A stretch of DNA of 64,000 nt, taken from an uncultured Rhodopirellula sp. (lineage in GTDB: Bacteria; Planctomycetota; Planctomycetia; Pirellulales; Pirellulaceae). Shown here one piece after another: positions 58,398-64,000 of this stretch. The stretch's first letter is position 1. Every line of letters begins with the position of its first letter. The notes beneath the pieces are model-generated. The model searched no databases, was not told the origin of the DNA, and worked only from the letters and a program-made list of their open reading frames with translations. A program made the translations under genes and the position numbers. The DNA lies in assembly GCA_964007735.1 (NCBI GenBank), contig CAXGAI010000002.1, positions 1 through 64,000 on the forward strand, in the 5' to 3' direction.

Positions 58398-60734
58398 TTA
58401 ATCGAACAGGTAGGAATTACCATCCAGAACAATCAGTGTTTTACCTTCCAGTCGCAGAACCGATCCCAGATCTTTACCAAAGCGGGCTACCAGGTCGAAG
58501 TATTGTTTGCTGAATCGTTTTACCTTCAACGCCTGAGCAACCTGCGCCTCGGTGGCAAGAGAATCTACCCAGACCTGGTTTTCTCGATAGAAAGATTTAC
58601 TCCCTATCTGTCGTAGGTTACGAACCTCTTCAGCTTTTTCCATATTGGGGCGTTTGAAACGAACGGTCCCGTTAGCATGGGCTGACTGTCCGGGAATATT
58701 GAGAGCCGGTAAAGCAGTGTCAGTTGCTTCATTGGCAGTAGGAGAACGTTCACCGGACAGGCCGCCCATGCTACCGGCCGACTGCAAAGCTGATTTCATC
58801 ACTCTTTGTCTGAATCCGGCTTCCCCCGACTGCTGTTCTAGCCCCTGCAACCGGTCACTCACTCGTCGACGAGCCTGGTCCAGGTCACGTACGTCACTAT
58901 TTTCGTCTGCTAGATAGGCCGTATATGGTGTCAGGATGCCGTGCTTTCTGGAAAGATGTATCATCTCATCCATCAATTCCCCGTTTTGGCCATACAGGTC
59001 AATCTGGTCGATAATTTCCCCCACACGGCGTACAGCCCACAATTTCTCTACGAAGGCATACTTAGATCCTTTAGATTTTTTCACAAGCTCCGTCGGAAAC
59101 GCCATTTTTACTTTCTCGCCATTCACCTCCCCCCGAACCATGACTTTCGCCGGACCGGAATGACGATAACGACCAACCAAAACCATCTGATCTCCAGCAA
59201 AAACATCATATACCTTCTCCGGATATACGCGATTCAGTACTTTAGACTGAACATTTCTGTCTGTATCCAGATCAAGATCGATTGAGATATTCGTCATCAC
59301 CGGAGAGGATATACGAGAGTAAAAATGAGACACTTTCTCTTCGATGTCTTCCTCTGGACTGACATAAACACTTTGTCCAAACCCTTCTCGGGCGAGTTTA
59401 TCCAACAACAAACTGTTCACGTTGTAACCAACCCCGAAACAACAAATCCTGTTGCGACTGATATTGGATTGCTTCATATTTTCCACAATCTTGGAAATTA
59501 CCGTCTCCCCCCGTGTCGGCTTACCATCGGTCAGAAACACCACGTAGCCCGGAAGATGCTCTTCTTGAAGGAAGTCTAAAGCCGTGGATAACGCGCCGTC
59601 AATATTCGTACTTCCCCCGGCAAATAACCCTTCAATAAAATTCATTGCCTTCAACCGCGAGGTATTATTGAATGTTTGGAGTTCTGGCTCGAATGCTTCA
59701 ATCTCAGCATCGTAGGCGACAATATTAAACAGGTCCCCATCATTGAGGTGATTGACAACAAACTTAGTTGCTTCTTTCGCCTGTTGCATCGACTTGCCGA
59801 CCATACTTCCGCTACGGTCAATGACGAAAACCACTTTTTTGCGAATCGTTTCTTCCTTCTTGTGTTCTACCCTGGGTGAAACCAACATCAGAAAATAACC
59901 CTCTTCTTTTTCATCCGGCCGGTAACTAATGACACTCGCTCCTAACGACTGGCTCTCAACGTCATAGAAAACCTGTAAATCTGAAGACGGAATAATATTG
60001 CTGAGATCCAGATTGACTCGAGCCAGATTGTCCGATGGACGTTGGACTCCCAAAGTATGTGTGGGACTATAAACACTCTTAATGTCCTGCTCCGATTTGA
60101 TCACCAGATTTACCTTCAAACCTTGCAGGGTCTTGGACGTATACTGAGCATTACGTAACGGTAAGTTCCATTCTGTGAGCCCCCTGTATTGACGGCATAG
60201 CTGCGAATATCGAATCGTCACCATACGTCTTTGGCCTGGTGGTATCGGGAATACACTTGTACGGAACATTCCAGATCCCAGCCATTCAAGTAAGGCCGGA
60301 TCCTGATTTCGACGAATATATCCTTCGTAAATACTACGAGCCTCTTCACGAGGCAATAGCTTCGCTTCGTACTCTTTGTCGTCAACCATCAAGGTGAGAC
60401 GTTCAATTGCCACATCTTGAGGAATCGGGAACACGAAGCTAGCCTCGATGGTTCGATGAGAGGTATTTTGGAATTCCTGAGAAATCTGTACTTGGGCAAC
60501 CTGGCCTTCTAGGACGGCATCTACCGTGAGTGACGTCACTCGATAAGAATGCAATGCCTGCCCAGCATTGACGATGTGCGGTATGGACGGACGGTCGCGG
60601 AAATCAATCAAAGCCCCTTGTCCAAAAACAGCTGGCAGCTCACCAACAGACAGGCTAACTAGCAAAAGTGCCAACAACGACATACCCAGTGACGGCTTGC
60701 CAAATTGTGATGGATTCGTCTGTAAAGGTTTCAT
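58398..60734 (-). CDS. Secreted VIT + VWA domain protein (inter-alpha-trypsin-inhibitor heavy-chain-like)
   Basis: Signal peptide; VIT (QEFQN...EASFVFPIP...PALLE); MIDAS DRSGS, GSTNI, FLTDG; ILTPYTAYL. Confidence 0.88.
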   Translation of the reverse strand: MKPLQTNPSQFGKPSLGMSLLALLLVSLSVGELPAVFGQGALIDFRDRPSIPHIVNAGQALHSYRVTSLTVDAVLEGQVAQVQISQEFQNTSHRTIEASFVFPIPQDVAIERLTLMVDDKEYEAKLLPREEARSIYEGYIRRNQDPALLEWLGSGMFRTSVFPIPPGQRRMVTIRYSQLCRQYRGLTEWNLPLRNAQYTSKTLQGLKVNLVIKSEQDIKSVYSPTHTLGVQRPSDNLARVNLDLSNIIPSSDLQVFYDVESQSLGASVISYRPDEKEEGYFLMLVSPRVEHKKEETIRKKVVFVIDRSGSMVGKSMQQAKEATKFVVNHLNDGDLFNIVAYDAEIEAFEPELQTFNNTSRLKAMNFIEGLFAGGSTNIDGALSTALDFLQEEHLPGYVVFLTDGKPTRGETVISKIVENMKQSNISRNRICCFGVGYNVNSLLLDKLAREGFGQSVYVSPEEDIEEKVSHFYSRISSPVMTNISIDLDLDTDRNVQSKVLNRVYPEKVYDVFAGDQMVLVGRYRHSGPAKVMVRGEVNGEKVKMAFPTELVKKSKGSKYAFVEKLWAVRRVGEIIDQIDLYGQNGELMDEMIHLSRKHGILTPYTAYLADENSDVRDLDQARRRVSDRLQGLEQQSGEAGFRQRVMKSALQSAGSMGGLSGERSPTANEATDTALPALNIPGQSAHANGTVRFKRPNMEKAEEVRNLRQIGSKSFYRENQVWVDSLATEAQVAQALKVKRFSKQYFDLVARFGKDLGSVLRLEGKTLIVLDGNSYLFD

Positions 60735-60891
60735 CGTTCTCTCCCTGGCTTAAGTTTCTGGGACGCACCACCTACACGGATTCTACCTACGCCGACCCCT
60801 TCTTCACTTTGGATACCATTTGAACTGCAGAAGTTCCCCAATGTTTAGGATTTCTGAAACATTCTTTCGAAAAGAATACGGACTTGCCATA

Positions 60892-60910
60892 TTTGTCACA
60901 ATTTGACAAA
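60892..60910. promoter_or_regulatory. Palindrome TTTGTCA-N5-TGACAAA in a divergent intergenic region
   Basis: tttgtcacaatttgacaaa; it contains TTGACA ~45 bp upstream of the 60950 ORF. Confidence 0.45.
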
Positions 60911-60949
60911 CTTCCGGCTCAATAGAACCCTCTTCAGGCGAACACCAAC

Positions 60950-61687
60950 GTGCGCACAGATCAGAACAGCCATTACCTACTAATATTAACCGTTCTAGCC
61001 GGAATGACACTTCCGGGGTGTATTAGTTCGCGTGTTTGGAGTTGGGGCGATGATGGTCCCGAAATCGAAGAGAATTACGTTCTCGAGGAAGCGGAACTAC
61101 CCAAACTCGAAAACCCCATGGTGGTCCCCTTACGCGACCGCAACCTACTCTGGAACATTCTGGTCGATACGATGGAAGACTACTTTGTTATTCGCCACGA
61201 AGAGCAAATTCAACTCGTTGGGAATACGTTAACAGAGGGCTACTTACAAACGGCACATGCTGACGCCGCCACGATGCTAGAACCCTGGCGAAAAGACAAT
61301 GCGGCTGGTTTCGATCAGCTTTACGCTACACTTCAAACCATTCGACGACAGGCCGAAGTCCATGTGCGCCCATCTCGCGAAGGATTCAGAATTGAGGTGG
61401 TGGTTCATAAGCTACAAGAAGATTTAGCTCAACCTGAATACGCCACCGTGGGCGGGGCAACGCTTCGGCATAGTGCAACACACTCCCGCCCAAGAGATCG
61501 GGGAATCGTCACCACCGAAACGCTTGGTTGGATGCCTGCAGGCCGAGATACGGCTTTAGAACAACTCATCCTAAATGATTTGCAGCAACGGATGTCCGAA
61601 GCCTCTGCTCCGGTAGGTGGTCCGCCGCAAGCCGAAGCGAATCCCAACTCGCTGGGACCTATCCGATTCCCTTCTCTGGGAAACTGA
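60950..61687 (+). CDS. Hypothetical lipoprotein
   Basis: Lipobox LPGC after a hydrophobic stretch; LEPWR.D, TLQTIRR.A and GRDTALEQ motifs. Confidence 0.7.
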   Translation: MRTDQNSHYLLILTVLAGMTLPGCISSRVWSWGDDGPEIEENYVLEEAELPKLENPMVVPLRDRNLLWNILVDTMEDYFVIRHEEQIQLVGNTLTEGYLQTAHADAATMLEPWRKDNAAGFDQLYATLQTIRRQAEVHVRPSREGFRIEVVVHKLQEDLAQPEYATVGGATLRHSATHSRPRDRGIVTTETLGWMPAGRDTALEQLILNDLQQRMSEASAPVGGPPQAEANPNSLGPIRFPSLGN

Positions 61688-61710
61688 CCCTAATTCAATC
61701 AGGCTGTCAG

Positions 61711-61965
61711 CTAGAGATAAGGTTTCCAAACGTGTCTTAATGCAACTGGGATCTGGTTCGAATCCAGACTGTCAAGAAATCTCAACGCATTACCAATGGC
61801 ATGGAGTTGTTCCATTGAATTCTGACTCACATCCAGAATAATCCACCTCTTTCCTCCAAATTCACACATTCCACCGTGTTGGTCGCGAAGAAGATCCTGA
61901 CGAATATGGAATCCCAGATCTCTGGCTGTCTCCTTCGCCAGACTCAACATTTGTCGAATTTCCAT
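61711..61965 (-). CDS. Small hypothetical protein
   Basis: 84-aa ORF filling the gap, upstream gaggt RBS-like element; GFHIRQD...GGMCEFGGKRWIILD. Confidence 0.6.
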   Translation of the reverse strand: MEIRQMLSLAKETARDLGFHIRQDLLRDQHGGMCEFGGKRWIILDVSQNSMEQLHAIGNALRFLDSLDSNQIPVALRHVWKPYL

Positions 61966-62272
61966 TCGTTACCTCTATTTCATACAGCTAACAAGTTTGC
62001 CTGTCTTTCCAATGCCGCAAACTTTAACACATGGTGCCCAATCGCAGGCGGAATTATAGGTTCTAGCACTATTGTCACCCAGCCCAATAAGTCGATTTAT
62101 AAAGGGTGGTGGCTCCGCATCCTAACCAAGTTGATACCAAGTGAGGTTAGCGATTAGCAAAGCGGGACAAAGAGAGGTGTACTTGGCAAATCAGGTAAAC
62201 TTTACCGCCAACAACAAATCGAGTGTTCCAAAGTTACCACTGCGGGAATTAGGAAAGATAACGGGTAGTTAT

Positions 62273-63175
62273 ATGGACGAATCGGAACATAGCGAATCAA
62301 ACTTTCTGGATAACGATCTCTTCGCTAAGGAAGAAGTCGAGTCACCGGCGTCGAATGAAAATAAGACGGGGGAGGAAGATCTGCTTGTCGTAAACGACAA
62401 GGCTGCGGCCGAAGAGAGACCATGTTCACAAACTCAGATTGCAATGCTCAAACAACAGCTCGCTGAAGCTCAAAAAATGACGGCTTTGGGTGAACTCGTT
62501 GGCACCACAACTCACGAATTCAATAACATTCTGATGACCGTTCTTAACTATGCCAAAATGGGTATGCGTCATCGCGACGATGAAACAAGAGATAAGGCTT
62601 TCGACAAAATTCTGGCAGCCAGCCAACGTGCTGCCAAGATTACCAACGCCGTCCTGGGAATGGCTCGCAATCGCTCGGATGTCATTGAGTCAACCGATTT
62701 GGGTAAAGTCATCGATGATGCTCTGGTTCTGTTAGAACGTGAAATGAACAAATACCGTATCTCGATGGAAGTGGAATTATTAGACGTACCTGAAACTCAA
62801 TGCAATGGAAATCAAATCCAACAAGTTCTCTTGAATCTGTTGACCAATGCACGACAAGCGATGGATATCGGTGGCACAATCTGGGTCAAACTCGAGCATG
62901 ATGCTGAGGAAAACATGAACCTGCTAACCGTGAGAGATTCAGGGTGCGGCATTCCACAGGAAGAACTTCCCAGAATCTTTGATCCTTTTTACAGCACAAA
63001 AGCCGGACCGGATGAGAGTGGCAAAGGCGGCACAGGACTGGGTCTCAGTTCCTGCCTAAACATCATTGATTCGCATCAAGGTCGCCTCAAAATAGAAAGT
63101 ACTGTCGGCGTAGGAACCCAGTTCATCATTATGCTGCCTGTTGCCAGCGACGACGAACACTTAGCTGTAGCTTAG
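62273..63175 (+). CDS. Cytoplasmic histidine kinase lacking an obvious sensor domain
   Basis: QKMTALGEL..TTTHEFNN, QQVLLNLLTNA, DSGCGI, FDPFYSTK, GTGLGL; no TM. Likely start is ATG 62273 (track start 62141). Confidence 0.88.
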   Translation: MDESEHSESNFLDNDLFAKEEVESPASNENKTGEEDLLVVNDKAAAEERPCSQTQIAMLKQQLAEAQKMTALGELVGTTTHEFNNILMTVLNYAKMGMRHRDDETRDKAFDKILAASQRAAKITNAVLGMARNRSDVIESTDLGKVIDDALVLLEREMNKYRISMEVELLDVPETQCNGNQIQQVLLNLLTNARQAMDIGGTIWVKLEHDAEENMNLLTVRDSGCGIPQEELPRIFDPFYSTKAGPDESGKGGTGLGLSSCLNIIDSHQGRLKIESTVGVGTQFIIMLPVASDDEHLAVA

Positions 63176-63198
63176 ATAGTCCGCCAAGGGTAGTAAAA

Positions 63199-63684
63199 CT
63201 ATTGACCTGTTTTTTTTAGCTTCTTCTTCTCTCGACGACGTTGAAAGTCAGTCACCTGACTGAGCAATGGATTAATCGTCTTTTCCTGAATATCATGCGG
63301 AGGATCCCAGTCCACCCATTGATAATCCAGATGCTCTGTCGGAACGACCTTTCCGGAAACACCTTTTTTTAACTTTGCCAGAAAAATGACCAATCGTTTA
63401 GTGACATTTTCACCACGACCTTTCCAATTCTTGACCTCATAGTATTCTTCAAATCGAAAATCTTTCTGCAACTTAATGTCATTGCGATCGATACCTGTTT
63501 CTTCCTCAAATTCGCGCATCGCGCACTCGAGTTTCGTTTCACCCGGATCGACATGTCCCTTCGGAAGATCCCAACGGCGTGCATGTTTCATTAGCAAGAA
63601 TTGTTTACGACCTTTGTGTTTCCTAAGCAATAGAATGCCACAGGAAACCGGTTGTTTCTCGGAAGCTGTTACCATAATGATCAA
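63199..63684 (-). CDS. Nudix hydrolase, Ap4A hydrolase (NUDT2)-like
   Basis: SCG, WDLPKGHVDPGE...AMREFEEETG, EHLDYQW. Confidence 0.88.
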   Translation of the reverse strand: MIIMVTASEKQPVSCGILLLRKHKGRKQFLLMKHARRWDLPKGHVDPGETKLECAMREFEEETGIDRNDIKLQKDFRFEEYYEVKNWKGRGENVTKRLVIFLAKLKKGVSGKVVPTEHLDYQWVDWDPPHDIQEKTINPLLSQVTDFQRRREKKKLKKTGQ

Positions 63685-63704
63685 TCCGCCATCACTTATT
63701 CTGC

Positions 63705-64000
63705 CTATTTCCCTGGCAGCACAAAGTCTCCAATGAACAACTGGCTAGTGTGAGTATCTGTTCGAGTACTTGTCCACATTAACTGTTTACCATCAGGTGA
63801 AAAGACTGGAAGAACATCAGCACCAATATTATCTGTCACTCGCACGGGCTCACCAATAGAAAACTTATCTTCTTGGGAGACCGAATATCGGGCCAGCCAT
63901 AGGTCATAATTTGGACGACCGCCTGTGGAATGATCAGCTCCGGACCAAATAATATACGGTTCTGTTGGATGCCAGTATGGCCCCCAATTCACTCCTGTGG
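63705..64000 (-). CDS. TolB-like (PD40) beta-propeller protein, 5' part outside the window
   Basis: NWGPYWHP, DVLPVFSPDGKQLMWTSTR, SQLF. Confidence 0.8.
   Translation of the reverse strand, partial: TGVNWGPYWHPTEPYIIWSGADHSTGGRPNYDLWLARYSVSQEDKFSIGEPVRVTDNIGADVLPVFSPDGKQLMWTSTRTDTHTSQLFIGDFVLPGK

Noticed and set aside
61711..61965. ImmA/IrrE metallopeptidase
   Set aside because: Only a loose resemblance in the N-terminal pattern; no HExxH motif.

Overview
Gene-dense bacterial chromosomal window, most likely from a planctomycete (Pirellulales-like). That assignment is inferred from the dockerin-like/AEGE surface protein, the MoxR-BatA-VWA-prenyltransferase-repeat cluster and the cytochrome gene set. 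I found no rRNA, tRNA, CRISPR array or mobile element. Left to right: (1) the 3' end of a repeat-rich surface protein, an ABC ATPase with a large membrane partner, MazG, a small Rieske ferredoxin, two paralogous secreted beta-rich proteins, an MBL hydrolase and divergent pgi/apgM; (2) a ~15 kb, 10-gene uncharacterised MoxR/DUF58/BatA/VWA/coiled-coil/alpha-barrel/NPCBM envelope cluster; (3) a ~21.6 kb, 17-gene co-oriented respiratory cluster. The respiratory cluster encodes a b6-type split Rieske/cytochrome b complex with an APWY Qo motif, a 1609-aa octaheme cytochrome c with a PDZ-like insert, two proteins with amicyanin-type blue-copper ligand sets, a diheme lipoprotein, an A2-type aa3 oxidase, heme O/A synthases, an ABC pair, SCO, DUF420 and a small CxxC protein, and is preceded by two TGTGA-N6-TCACA palindromes. 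(4) The right end holds purD, rnhA, a heme-c sensor kinase, recG, priA, nadD, a VIT-VWA protein, a sensor-less kinase, a Nudix hydrolase and a truncated TolB-like gene. The best candidate for an undescribed system is the quinol-to-O2 chain apparently wired through the octaheme/PDZ cytochrome and two cryptic cupredoxins. All family assignments come from motif recognition only; no database searches were run.
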